Notes under the pieces: generated by a model
What the model was told of the DNA's origin: nothing
The model's input: the letters and a program-made list of their open reading frames with translations, nothing else
The model's database searches: none
Shown here: positions 33,838 to 43,675 of the stretch, piece by piece
How the letters are laid out: each line of letters begins with the position of its first letter
How positions within the stretch are numbered: the first letter of the stretch is position 1
Assembly: GCA_025363295.1 (NCBI GenBank)
Contig: JANYEC010000026.1
Coordinates: 5,849-69,848, forward strand
Source: Akkermansiaceae bacterium
Lineage (GTDB): Bacteria > Verrucomicrobiota > Verrucomicrobiia > Verrucomicrobiales > Akkermansiaceae
Direction of reading: 5' to 3'
DNA length: 64,000 nt
Made by a program: the position numbers and the translations under genes

Positions 33838-35748
33838 TTAACGTTTCTTTAGACTCTCAATCTCTTTTTCAAATTCGTCAAACAAATGGAGCAAATCGTC
33901 CGCAGCGGCGGGATTCGCGGATTTCCGAAGGCGTTCCAGCGCGGTTTTATTGAGGAATTCACGACCTCGTGAGGCAAACAAATCGACTTCTATCAGGACT
34001 CGCGGGCCTTGAGGGGTTTGGAGGATCGGATAGAGTGGGAAGGAAGTTTTTCCCCCTTGATCGATTTTTAACCCGACCGCTGTCCAAATTTTTCCCTGAT
34101 AGATTCCACGGAAGTCCGAGGTGTTAGTACTGCGGCGTGTGCTGATGATTTCATGCCCAAGATTCCTTAGCACTATCGCTCCTCCATCCGGGTCGTTGAG
34201 CCGGGCGGTGAGTTGGAGCGCGCATTTAACGTCACCCGCTCGCGTGGCGATCAACCATGCTTCCACGACTTTTTGTGCGTCTTCTTTGGTGGGGGGTGAT
34301 TGCTCGACAATATCCTTCAAAGCGAAACTTTCGGTTAGCAGTCGTTCCTGCCACTTGTTGGACCAGCGTTTGGTGTCTGCCGTGATTTGCTCCTTGAATT
34401 TCACCCGGCTAGCAGGAGTGGGCTCTGGCGTCCAAAGCCAGCCGTCTTTGGATTTCTCAAAGTAGAGCGTTCGGAAATCAGATTTTTCAGGATCTTGTGG
34501 CGAGAAAAAATTGACCAAGCCGATGGCGGAAGTTTCGTCTTCTTCGAACGCGAGAGGCATCGCATAACGCACGGTGGAGGGAGTATGAAAAGCCCACCAA
34601 GTTTGAGCTGCTAACGCAATCGCTTTCAATGCGCCTTCTTGCTCAGCATCTAATTGAGTGAGCTGAAGAAGTGAGGGAAGATTTTTTGCTTTGAGGCTGG
34701 CGAGAAACGACTGATAGATCGCTCCGGCATCCATCTGCGGGGTGGCAGGGTGCATGACTCGTAATCTAGCAGAAAACTCATTCAGGAGATCGGCATCGAG
34801 GTCTTCATCGGATTCTTCTGCGGTGTCTTGCAAAAATGTGTCGGGTGGGTCGATCTGCCAAAGTCCGTTATCACTTTTCGAAAGCTCGAAATGAACGATT
34901 TCCATGCGGGGCAAAGAAGAGCGGGTGTCGTTAGACGCTGGATCCAAGCATGCGATCGAAAAAAGGCCTCTGTTTTTATCTTCTTCGTGATTCACGACGA
35001 CCCTCAATACATCTGGCGAGGTCATCAAATTCCATGGTTGCTTCGCGGGTGAGCCTGCCGGAATTGCGGCATCGGCGGCTTTCAGGCGGGCGGCCCAATC
35101 GTCAGGTAGGTCGGTGGAAAGCCCGCCTAGCAGTCCGAGCGTGGTAGGAAGATCACGGAGCTCACACGCTTTGATGAATCGCTTTTCCACTTCTGTTGCG
35201 GTCAGGCTCTTCATTTCTGCGAGAGGCAGGCGAGTCTGGATTCTTTGTCGCATGCGATCTAACGCTGCCTCGCGGATTTTTTCCAAATCGATCACTTGCT
35301 CACGAAGCATCCAGTTTTCGAGAGTTTCGAGGCGTTTCCGGAGTGCGATAGCGTAGCCTGCTCCGGCGTTCTCGAACGAAGCTGGCACCGGCGCGGGCGA
35401 CCATTGCTCGCCGGTCTTTACCAGGGCGATGGAGAAAACCTGAAAGCGGCTAGGATCAAATCCACCGACTTTACGAATGATGACGCCAGCGAAGTTTTCG
35501 TCGAGCTTGATCGCTCCCAGTTCCAGTGGATCGCTCCCGAGTTCACGTCCCATGCGTTGAAGGCGCGTGGCAATTTCAAGTTTTTTATCATCCGCAGTCT
35601 GGGCTGATAGAGCGGTATCGGCACCTGGTGTTAGATCGAGTTTGCCAAGGCGCACTTTTTCCAGGAACTCAATAGCCACCTTTCCGGGATCACTAGCAGC
35701 ACCCCGGGCGATCAGGGTGGTGGCCAGCAGGATGCAAATGAGTTTCAC
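33838..35748 (-). CDS. secreted hypothetical protein with four internally similar segments
   Basis: 636-aa ORF with a signal peptide; recurring amphipathic helix motif (see findings). Confidence 0.75.
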   Translation of the reverse strand: MKLICILLATTLIARGAASDPGKVAIEFLEKVRLGKLDLTPGADTALSAQTADDKKLEIATRLQRMGRELGSDPLELGAIKLDENFAGVIIRKVGGFDPSRFQVFSIALVKTGEQWSPAPVPASFENAGAGYAIALRKRLETLENWMLREQVIDLEKIREAALDRMRQRIQTRLPLAEMKSLTATEVEKRFIKACELRDLPTTLGLLGGLSTDLPDDWAARLKAADAAIPAGSPAKQPWNLMTSPDVLRVVVNHEEDKNRGLFSIACLDPASNDTRSSLPRMEIVHFELSKSDNGLWQIDPPDTFLQDTAEESDEDLDADLLNEFSARLRVMHPATPQMDAGAIYQSFLASLKAKNLPSLLQLTQLDAEQEGALKAIALAAQTWWAFHTPSTVRYAMPLAFEEDETSAIGLVNFFSPQDPEKSDFRTLYFEKSKDGWLWTPEPTPASRVKFKEQITADTKRWSNKWQERLLTESFALKDIVEQSPPTKEDAQKVVEAWLIATRAGDVKCALQLTARLNDPDGGAIVLRNLGHEIISTRRSTNTSDFRGIYQGKIWTAVGLKIDQGGKTSFPLYPILQTPQGPRVLIEVDLFASRGREFLNKTALERLRKSANPAAADDLLHLFDEFEKEIESLKKR

Positions 35749-35793
35749 TGGAGAAATTCATAGCTCATTCGGAGAAAGGCGAAAGCGAAGATT

Positions 35794-36930
35794 TCAATCT
35801 TCTACTGCGAGATACTCGGGCAGGCTGCCGGATACGCCTGCCAACCGGGGATTTGCTTCCCACATTGCGCGGTTGCCCACGAGCCTGCCAGACATGCGGT
35901 TGAGCATATCACCGGCATTTCGCCAAGCGTCGTTCGACTGCGTGAGACGGTCTCCCTTGGCATCGCGGGTGAATACCCATGAATGTGCTACACGGCTATC
36001 CACCATGCCTTTTTTGTCGCCCCAAGTTCGCGATTCGGCAGGGCGCAAGTCGCCCAACCAAACCCCCTTGGCATTCGTGCGGGCGATCCACCATCCGCCG
36101 GTCGTGCGGATCAGCGTCTCGATTTCCCTCGTGCTCTCGACTTCAGTGAGTGCGGTGTTTCCTTTCGGATAGATCGTCCAGCGAACGGGTGTTTGCTGAC
36201 TTTCAAACACCGTGCGATAGCCAACCCATAACTCGTCGCCGCGATCCACCACCGCCCGCCACACGAAAATGTTGAACATGGTTGAAGCTTCCATCCGGCG
36301 CTGATAGGTCGTCTGGCGGTGCTTCAAATCCGCGTCAAATCCCGCCGATACCAAAAATTTTGCGGCCACTGCAAGCAGGAGGTATCCTGATGCCAGTCCT
36401 ATTCCCCAATGACAAAGCCGCACGCGTCTCGACGGCGGCGCGGGCGTTTTACCACGCGTTTTTTTCATCACTTCCTGCGGCATCACTGCCAAACACAGCG
36501 CCACCACGATCAGAGGCCCGCTGAAAAGGAAATCGAGTGGAAACAACGTGTTGAAACTCACCTTCGCTGATAAAAACGGCCACAGCACCCCGGCTCCCTC
36601 GACCGTGAGACTATCTAGCAGTAAATGACCGCAGAGTAGCGCGAAGACAAAACCACCTGCTTCCCACTTGTTAATTTTATCCACCTTCCAGCGTTTCGCC
36701 AGCCAGTGCGCCAGCCCATACGCCGCTAATCCCATCACCCACAGCGAATGGCTCGGCCCGTCACGCAGCGCGATCTGATGAGCGGTATCCAGATATGAGG
36801 AAAACATCCGATCCAAATCCGGCAAAATGCCAAACAGCGCCCCCCACGCCATGGCTCGTTTTCCCAGACGTTTTCCCAACATCCACTCTCCCATCGCGGC
36901 TCCTAGCGCGGCATGCGTGATCCAATCCAC
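35794..36930 (-). CDS. membrane-bound metal-dependent hydrolase (YdjM/DUF457-like)
   Basis: MDWITHAALGA, LPDLD, GPSHSL, GHLLLDSLT. Confidence 0.85.
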   Translation of the reverse strand: MDWITHAALGAAMGEWMLGKRLGKRAMAWGALFGILPDLDRMFSSYLDTAHQIALRDGPSHSLWVMGLAAYGLAHWLAKRWKVDKINKWEAGGFVFALLCGHLLLDSLTVEGAGVLWPFLSAKVSFNTLFPLDFLFSGPLIVVALCLAVMPQEVMKKTRGKTPAPPSRRVRLCHWGIGLASGYLLLAVAAKFLVSAGFDADLKHRQTTYQRRMEASTMFNIFVWRAVVDRGDELWVGYRTVFESQQTPVRWTIYPKGNTALTEVESTREIETLIRTTGGWWIARTNAKGVWLGDLRPAESRTWGDKKGMVDSRVAHSWVFTRDAKGDRLTQSNDAWRNAGDMLNRMSGRLVGNRAMWEANPRLAGVSGSLPEYLAVED

Positions 36931-37034
36931 GGCGCGACGATGGAGGGAAATTTCAAATCTGAAATCTCAAATTTGAAATTCATCCGGCACTTCCCTTGAC
37001 GCCACCCCCGGATCAACAAGACACTCCGCCCGCG

Positions 37035-38735
37035 ATGAACGATACGACACGTCCCTTTTCCAGCCCACTTGTTGATGGCCCTGACCGCGCGCCCAGCCGC
37101 GCCATGCTCTACGCCGTCGGTTTCAAAAAAGACGATTTCACCAAGCCCCAGATCGGCATCGCATCGACTTGGAGCCAAGTCACTCCGTGCAATATCCACA
37201 TCGACAAGCTCGCCATTGAGTCTGCTAAAGGTGCCGATGCGGCAGGGGGTAAAGCCATCATTTTCAACACCATCACGATTTCCGACGGCATCTCGATGGG
37301 CACCGAGGGGATGAAATATTCGTTAGTATCCCGTGAGGTCATCGCGGATTCCATCGAAACCGTGGTCGGTTGCGAAGGCATGGACGGCTTCGTCGCTATC
37401 GGCGGTTGTGATAAGAACATGCCAGGCTGTTTGATGGCAATGGCCCGCATGAACCGCGCCTCCGTTTTTGTTTACGGCGGCACGATTCTTCCCGGTTGCG
37501 CTTCCATCAAAGGCGAAAAAAAGGACCTCGATATCGTTTCCGTTTTTGAAGCTGTTGGAAAACATGCAAATGGAGAATTTACCGATGAGGAGCTCGAAAC
37601 TATCGAATCTAACGCGATCCCTGGTGCCGGCTCCTGCGGTGGCATGTACACCGCGAACACCATGGCCAGTGCCATCGAGGCGCTCGGCATGTCACTGCCT
37701 AACAGCTCCGCCCAGAACGCAATTTCCGATGATAAAATGCGCGATTGTTTCGACGCCGGAGCCGCTGTCCTTAATCTCCTCAAACTCGGCATCAAGCCCC
37801 GAGATATTCTCACCAAGGAGGCCTTCGAAAACGCCATCACGGTGCTCATCGCCCTCGGAGGCTCGACAAATGCTGCGCTGCATATCCCCGCCATCGCTTA
37901 CTCGGCTGGGATCGATATCACCATCGACGATTTCGAACGCATCGGTAAAAACGTCCCTGTTCTAGCCGATCTCAAGCCCTCAGGTAAGTACTCCATGTCC
38001 GATCTCGTCGCAATCGGCGGCACGATGCCTATGATGAAAATGCTACTCGATGGCGGCCTGCTCCACGGAGATTGCATGACGGTCACCGGCCGAACGATGC
38101 GCGAGAACATCGAAAAATTTTGCACTCCCTATCCGGAAGGTCAGGAAATCATCCGTCCTCTATCCGATCCTATCAAAAAGGACAGCCACCTCCGTGTCCT
38201 ATACGGAAATCTAGCGGAAGGCGGCTCCGTCGCCAAAATTTCCGGCAAGGAAGGTGAGCTCTTCACCGGCAAGGCCCGCGTCTATAACTCGGAAGACGAC
38301 GGCATGAAAGCCATCCTCTCCAAACAGATCCACAAGGGCGACGTGATTGTCATCCGCATGGAGGGCCCGAAAGGCGGGCCAGGAATGCGGGAAATGTTAG
38401 GACCGACCAGCGCGGTGATGGGCATGGGCCTCGGCAAGGAAGTGGCGCTCATCACTGACGGCCGTTTTTCAGGTGGCAGCCACGGATTCGTGGTCGGGCA
38501 CATCACTCCAGAAGCCTTTCTCGGTGGAACAATCGGCATCCTCAAAGATGGCGATGAAATTACCATCGACGCCGTGAACAACCGCATCGACGTAAACATC
38601 TCCGCCGAAGAAATCGCTACTCGGAAAGCAGCTTGGGTCCAGCCTACCCCGCGCTATACCCACGGCGTTCTCGCGAAATATGCCAAGCTCGTTTCCACTG
38701 CCAGCGAAGGTGCTGTGACGGATAAATATCTATAA
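37035..38735 (+). CDS. ilvD: dihydroxy-acid dehydratase
   Basis: TPCNIH, SDGISMGTEGM, GGCDKNMPG, CGGMYTANTM, LITDGRFSGG. Confidence 0.97.
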   Translation: MNDTTRPFSSPLVDGPDRAPSRAMLYAVGFKKDDFTKPQIGIASTWSQVTPCNIHIDKLAIESAKGADAAGGKAIIFNTITISDGISMGTEGMKYSLVSREVIADSIETVVGCEGMDGFVAIGGCDKNMPGCLMAMARMNRASVFVYGGTILPGCASIKGEKKDLDIVSVFEAVGKHANGEFTDEELETIESNAIPGAGSCGGMYTANTMASAIEALGMSLPNSSAQNAISDDKMRDCFDAGAAVLNLLKLGIKPRDILTKEAFENAITVLIALGGSTNAALHIPAIAYSAGIDITIDDFERIGKNVPVLADLKPSGKYSMSDLVAIGGTMPMMKMLLDGGLLHGDCMTVTGRTMRENIEKFCTPYPEGQEIIRPLSDPIKKDSHLRVLYGNLAEGGSVAKISGKEGELFTGKARVYNSEDDGMKAILSKQIHKGDVIVIRMEGPKGGPGMREMLGPTSAVMGMGLGKEVALITDGRFSGGSHGFVVGHITPEAFLGGTIGILKDGDEITIDAVNNRIDVNISAEEIATRKAAWVQPTPRYTHGVLAKYAKLVSTASEGAVTDKYL

Positions 38736-38747
38736 GGATCAAGCGCA

Positions 38748-39404
38748 GTGCCTGCAACGTGGCCTGAGCATTTTCTCTATAGATTCCACCTCAATCCTCT
38801 AACATTAAATCTCATCACTGCTTCCGAATTCAACTCGACGCTGGAATCTTACCGCTCATTCGAGTTGAAAGTCGGTAAGCTGATGCAAGGAGTTTGCGGG
38901 CCCTTCTGTGGAGTTTGTAAAACACCCTGCTGCCGCGTGGACATTTGCCGTGAGGCTTTCGACAGTCCTTTTTTGTTAGCGGTCCACGGCGGGAAAGAAG
39001 CATTCGATAAAAAATCCGGCTATCTCTCATGCACTGGCTGCAAGCTCACGGCGGGTCGCCCTCCCCTCTGTCACGCATTCGTCTGTGATCTCATCGTTAG
39101 AAACCAGCCTAGCGATGAGCACCGCTACGCTCTCGACTGCCTAGGCGATCTGGTAGGATTTATTCAGACCAAAGTCTGGCAGAAGCGCCAGCTCATCGAA
39201 GCGATGACTGAAGCCGATCTTTTGAACGCGAGCAAAGCTACTTTCGATGCCCGCTTGGAATCCGCCGAGGCTGCATTTGCCGTTCTAGATTCGTTTTTCA
39301 CCAATCGCTGCACTCTCGGCTTTCAGGAACTGAGTATTCTCAACTGCATTAGAAAACACAGTTTTGAGTCGTTTGAGGTCACTACCGCTATGCCAAGCAC
39401 TTGA
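38748..39404 (+). CDS. Cys-rich hypothetical protein (CxxxCxxCxxxCC)
   Basis: CGPFCGVCKTPCCRVDIC and CTGCKL...RPPLCHAFVC; directly downstream of ilvD. Confidence 0.6.
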   Translation: MPATWPEHFLYRFHLNPLTLNLITASEFNSTLESYRSFELKVGKLMQGVCGPFCGVCKTPCCRVDICREAFDSPFLLAVHGGKEAFDKKSGYLSCTGCKLTAGRPPLCHAFVCDLIVRNQPSDEHRYALDCLGDLVGFIQTKVWQKRQLIEAMTEADLLNASKATFDARLESAEAAFAVLDSFFTNRCTLGFQELSILNCIRKHSFESFEVTTAMPST

Positions 39405-39454
39405 TGGTCGTTGTGAATGTTCTATCATCTGACGAAAAAATACCTTTGGCGGAC

Positions 39455-40000
39455 TTAATTCTTTTCGAGCATGCGTTGGTGAACTTCAATGGTGAGCGCT
39501 TGGGTGCGCAGGCTAAGAGCCTTGATCATTTCCGTTAGCTCAGTATTTTGGCGCATGAGTTCGAGGAGCTGGGCGGCTTGCACCGCAGCTTCCTTTTGCC
39601 GCAGTTCGCTGGCCTGTGCAATTTCTTCGCGGTGCTGGGCATCCGCGTCGGCGTGGGCTTTGTCGCGGTCGGCCTGGCGGGTTTGGGCGAGTAGAATCAA
39701 AGGTGCTGCGTAAGCGGCCTGCAAGCTGAAGGCGAGGTTGAGCAGGATGAATGGATAGATGTCGAAATGGAAGACTCCCGCCGCGTTGAGCGCGATCCAA
39801 GCGGTGACGAGCGCTGTCTGGCCGATGAGAAATGTGGGCGTCCCAAAGAAGCGGGCGAACCCCTCAGCCTTTAGCGCAAACCAATCGTTTCCGAAAACGT
39901 TTGCGAGATGCAGGTGCGGCGCGAGGAAACGGAAATGATGTTTGATGGCCGGCAGGCTGGTGTCAGAATCTGGGGGCGATGCAGGGGATAGATTTTTCAT
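39455..40000 (-). CDS. DUF1003 domain membrane protein
   Basis: FDIYPFILLNLAFSLQAAYAAPLILLAQTRQADRD. Confidence 0.9.
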   Translation of the reverse strand: MKNLSPASPPDSDTSLPAIKHHFRFLAPHLHLANVFGNDWFALKAEGFARFFGTPTFLIGQTALVTAWIALNAAGVFHFDIYPFILLNLAFSLQAAYAAPLILLAQTRQADRDKAHADADAQHREEIAQASELRQKEAAVQAAQLLELMRQNTELTEMIKALSLRTQALTIEVHQRMLEKN

Positions 40001-40165
40001 TTGCGAGCGTGCAGTAGCATACGCATGAACCGTGGATTTTGAACACCTCGAATGTGAGATTTAGACCCATTGGCATCTTCACGAAATCTTAATGATTTGT
40101 ATCTGGAGGCACATCAAATCTTAACGATGCGCAGATAGGCTTTGTTTGAATCAAATCCACACCCT

Positions 40166-41446
40166 ATGAAAAACTCCATAAAAGCCTCGATTGGGATTCG
40201 CATTTCTATCAACTGTGTCGTCGCTCTTACATTTGCTTCCGCGCACTCACAGGGTGCCCCACCGCCTCCTAACCGTGGCGCGATGGCACCGGCCCAACGT
40301 CCGCGGCCGCTTCCCCGCTTCGTTTCCGTGCCGGCGGGAATCACCCAACTGGGCGATCCTTTGCCGGGTCTAACGGCTGATCAGCTCGTTCTGTTTGGCG
40401 AGGGCCTGGATGAGTTTGAAAATGCTGAGACAGTTGCTGGTGGGCTCGGTCCAATTTTTAACAACGTCTCTTGCGTCGCGTGTCACAGTGCAGGGGGGAC
40501 CGGTGGTGCAAGTGCGATTTTGGTGACGCGCTTCGGTCATACGGCGAATGGAAAATTCTTCCCGCTCGATTCGTTAGGCGGGTCCTTGTTGCAAGACAAT
40601 GCGATTGATCCCGCCGTGCAGGAAATCATTCCTGTTGAGGCAAATCTCACGGTGAACCGGCAATCCACGCCGCTCTTCGGTCTCGGTCTGATCGAGGCAA
40701 TCCCGGATGAGGCGATCCGTCGTAACGCCCAACACCCGCCGATCGATGGGATTACCGGACGGGTCGCGATCATTTCTGACATTGCAACCGGTCAACAACG
40801 CGTGGGGCGTTTCGGCTGGAAGAACCAGCAAGCAACTCTTCTATCATTCGCCGGGGATGCCTATCTGAATGAGATGGGCGTCACGAGTCGCTTGTTCCCC
40901 GCCGAAAACGCACCCAATGGAAATCTAACATTGCTGGCTGCCTATGATAAAGTCGAAGACCCCGAAGACCCCGAAGACACCGTCGATCCCGAGACCGGCG
41001 AGTCTGATATCGATCATGCCGCCGATTTCATGCGGCTTCTTGCCCCTCCGCAGCTTTTGCCGCCAACCCGCTCCGCGAATACTGGGAGCCAGTTGTTCCA
41101 ACAGATGAACTGCGCCATCTGTCATGTTCCCAGCATGATGACAGGGCCGAGCTCGATTGCTTCTTTAAATAAAAAGCCGGTTTTTCTTTATTCCGATTTG
41201 CTTCTCCATCAGATGGGAAATTTAGCCGATGGCATCGCGCAAGCGGCGGCGGGACCGCAAGAAATGAGAACCTCTCCACTCTGGGGTCTGCGTGCGAGCG
41301 CTCCCTATCTGCACGATGGTCGGGCACCTAACATCGATATGGCAATCCGACTTCATGATGGTGAGGCGCAGGGCTCCCGTGATCGCTACTTGCGTGCGAA
41401 TCCGACCCAACGCCAACAAGTCATAGACTTCCTGAAAACGCTCTGA
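40166..41446 (+). CDS. di-heme oxidoreductase (DHOR) family protein
   Basis: Signal peptide; GLGPIFNNVSCVACH, STPLFGLGLIEAIPD, GRFGWKNQ, CAICH, LYSDLLLHQMG, RTSPLWGL, YLHDGRA. Confidence 0.88.
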   Translation: MKNSIKASIGIRISINCVVALTFASAHSQGAPPPPNRGAMAPAQRPRPLPRFVSVPAGITQLGDPLPGLTADQLVLFGEGLDEFENAETVAGGLGPIFNNVSCVACHSAGGTGGASAILVTRFGHTANGKFFPLDSLGGSLLQDNAIDPAVQEIIPVEANLTVNRQSTPLFGLGLIEAIPDEAIRRNAQHPPIDGITGRVAIISDIATGQQRVGRFGWKNQQATLLSFAGDAYLNEMGVTSRLFPAENAPNGNLTLLAAYDKVEDPEDPEDTVDPETGESDIDHAADFMRLLAPPQLLPPTRSANTGSQLFQQMNCAICHVPSMMTGPSSIASLNKKPVFLYSDLLLHQMGNLADGIAQAAAGPQEMRTSPLWGLRASAPYLHDGRAPNIDMAIRLHDGEAQGSRDRYLRANPTQRQQVIDFLKTL

Positions 41447-41522
41447 GAGGCACGATGGTGTGCCGCCCGGCGTCTCTCGATGACGGCGATGGCTTTCCCT
41501 TTCATGAATGTTAGAGACACCG

Positions 41523-41563
41523 AAAAAAATGGCGGCCCTCAGCAACGGAAGTTGCTGAGGGCC
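41523..41563 (-). terminator. intrinsic terminator of ssrA
   Basis: Perfect 13-bp stem GGCCCTCAGCAAC-GGAA-GTTGCTGAGGGCC (41534-41563), followed on the minus strand by a T-run. Confidence 0.85.
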
Positions 41564-41569
41564 AAAAAG

Positions 41570-41925
41570 TGGAGGCGAGGGGAGTCGAACCCCTGTCCGA
41601 AACGCCGTCAACACTGGCATCTACACGTTTAGCATGCGGTCTAGAGTTTCGGACAGGCTGGGCCCTCATGCAGCGTTGCTCATCCTAGAAACCTGTTTGA
41701 TCTCGGAAAAACGCCCGGTTACCCGACGCTAATCCCAGCCTGCTAGGTGTTCGCCATCCCCCTCAGCAGGTGTCGGGGTTCTGACGTGGTCGTCAATTAA
41801 GCGGCCAGTGCGAGCTCGTTAGAGTCTGCATTTATTTTTTTTGAACGGCTTTTTAAAGAGGCCAACCGATCAACCTCTACGTGCAACCAGCGTCTCAAGC
41901 ATCCCGTCGAAACCAGAACGCCCCC
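41570..41925 (-). ncRNA. ssrA: tmRNA; tag peptide (A)ADSNELALAA at 41829-41797
   Basis: 5' GGGGGCGTTCTGGTTTCGACGGG, 3' T-arm GGGGTTCGACTCCCC and acceptor CCTCCA; tag ORF ending ALAA-stop. Confidence 0.97.
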
Positions 41926-41986
41926 TGTCGCTAGACAGGGGGGAAGATGCACTGGATCGCCCGCGTTTCAAGCACCAAGGTGAGAA

Positions 41987-42592
41987 TTATTCATTTGGAG
42001 GGCCGTGCATGGAGGGGGCGAGCGGGGTGATCAAGCCGCTGGTAAGGCCGTAAATCCAGCTATGAATGGCAATTTTCTGGCCGCGTGCCCAAGCATCTTG
42101 GAGGATGCTGGTGTTGACGACGTGAGTGGCCTGGGCCAGCACATTGAGTTCGCAAAGACGGTTCACCGCCGCCTCGGGCGCAAGGGCGGCGAGTTCCTCA
42201 CGGTGCTCCCGGTTGAGCGAACGAATGCCAGCCAACCAGTTGTCAATCATGCCGTGGCGGAAATTTTCATAGGCCGCCTTCACGCCGCCGCAGCCATAGT
42301 GGCCGCAAATGATGATGTGGCGGACTTTTAATACATCCACGGCGTATTGCATCACCGCAAGCACATTGAAGTCGGTCTCTGCCACCACGTTGGCGACGTT
42401 GCGGTGAACGAATACTTCACCGGGGGCGAGCCCGGTGATTTGGTTGGCGGGTACGCGACTATCCGAACAGCCGATCCATAGGTATTCTGGGTGTTGTTGG
42501 TTAGCGAGTTTATGGAAAAATTCGGGATCGCTTTCGAGAATGGATGCGGCCCAGTCTTGGTTGTTTTTCAGGAGATGCTTGAGAGTGTCCAT
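41987..42592 (-). CDS. can: beta-class carbonic anhydrase
   Basis: WIGCSDSRVP, FVHRNVAN, CGHYGCGGV. Confidence 0.96.
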   Translation of the reverse strand: MDTLKHLLKNNQDWAASILESDPEFFHKLANQQHPEYLWIGCSDSRVPANQITGLAPGEVFVHRNVANVVAETDFNVLAVMQYAVDVLKVRHIIICGHYGCGGVKAAYENFRHGMIDNWLAGIRSLNREHREELAALAPEAAVNRLCELNVLAQATHVVNTSILQDAWARGQKIAIHSWIYGLTSGLITPLAPSMHGPPNE

Positions 42593-42757
42593 AATGTTCG
42601 TGGAAATTATTTAAACCTTATCCGTGCGCTTCGTCCATCGCGTGTTTGCCTAAAAGCATGATCTGCAGTTGGTGAGAAAGCCTTGATAGCCTCTCAGTTT
42701 TGCAGACTTGATTGTCCATCCCAGTTGCGTCATGAACCCTTTCCTAATTTAAAAATC

Positions 42758-43588
42758 ATGAAGACTATTATCTTGTCCCTTGCCGCCACGATCTCGGCTC
42801 TTTGTCTAACCAGTTGTTTACAGAACGAGACGACCCTCCATTTAAACAAGGACGGCAGCGGCACTCTTGTCGAGGAAACCACCCTTGGCGCTCAGATGAT
42901 AGCCATGATGGATCAGATGGCAGCGATAGGCGGTCCTAGCGGTGGAAAGAACGACCCGCTCGCCGGGATGTTCTCCGAGGCGAAGGCCAAAGCCCGCGCC
43001 ACCAAACTGGGTGAGGGTGTCACTCTTGAAAAAAATGAAGCGCTTCATCAAGCCGGTAACAAGGGCGGTCGTGCCACCTATCACTTTGCTGATATTAATA
43101 AGCTCAAGATATCACCGACAGATAGCATGAAGGATTTGTCTCCCATGGGCGAGATGGCTCCGGCGAAGCAAAAGGTCAGCAAACCCATCGACTTTAAATA
43201 TGCGGATGGCACCCTCAGCATCGTGATGCCTCGGCCCAAGCCCAAGAAGGATCAACCCGCAGCCAATGATCCAGATACGCATCTTCACAAGAGGGACGCC
43301 CCCAGTGAACAGGAGATCGGCATGATGAAACAGATGATGAGCGATATGAAAATCGGATTTAAGATCGTCATCGAGTCCGGCATCGCTGAGACCAACGCCA
43401 CCCACCGCGACGGCAATACGATCACTTTGATAGATGTGGAAATGGACAAGCTTTTCGAAAATCCCGAGGTCATCAAAAAGCTCGGCACCGTCGATAAAAA
43501 GGACCCCGCCGCCGCCCTCGATTTGATGAAAGGCATTCCCGGCGTGAAGTTCGAAGGCTTGGAAGTAGTCACGGTGAAGCTCAATTGA
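42758..43588 (+). CDS. putative lipoprotein
   Basis: MKTIILSLAATISALCLTS-C lipobox; L.KDGSGT motif. Confidence 0.75.
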   Translation: MKTIILSLAATISALCLTSCLQNETTLHLNKDGSGTLVEETTLGAQMIAMMDQMAAIGGPSGGKNDPLAGMFSEAKAKARATKLGEGVTLEKNEALHQAGNKGGRATYHFADINKLKISPTDSMKDLSPMGEMAPAKQKVSKPIDFKYADGTLSIVMPRPKPKKDQPAANDPDTHLHKRDAPSEQEIGMMKQMMSDMKIGFKIVIESGIAETNATHRDGNTITLIDVEMDKLFENPEVIKKLGTVDKKDPAAALDLMKGIPGVKFEGLEVVTVKLN

Positions 43589-43675
43589 GCACGCAATCCG
43601 CGATAGAATGCGGAAATAGATGCGATTGATGATTACTTTAAGACAACTTTTACCTCAGGGTGGTGTACCATTACG

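Noticed and set aside
41500-41600. Prophage or genomic island integrated at the ssrA 3' end
   Set aside because: No integrase and no duplicated tmRNA 3' end was noticed in the window; the terminator follows directly.
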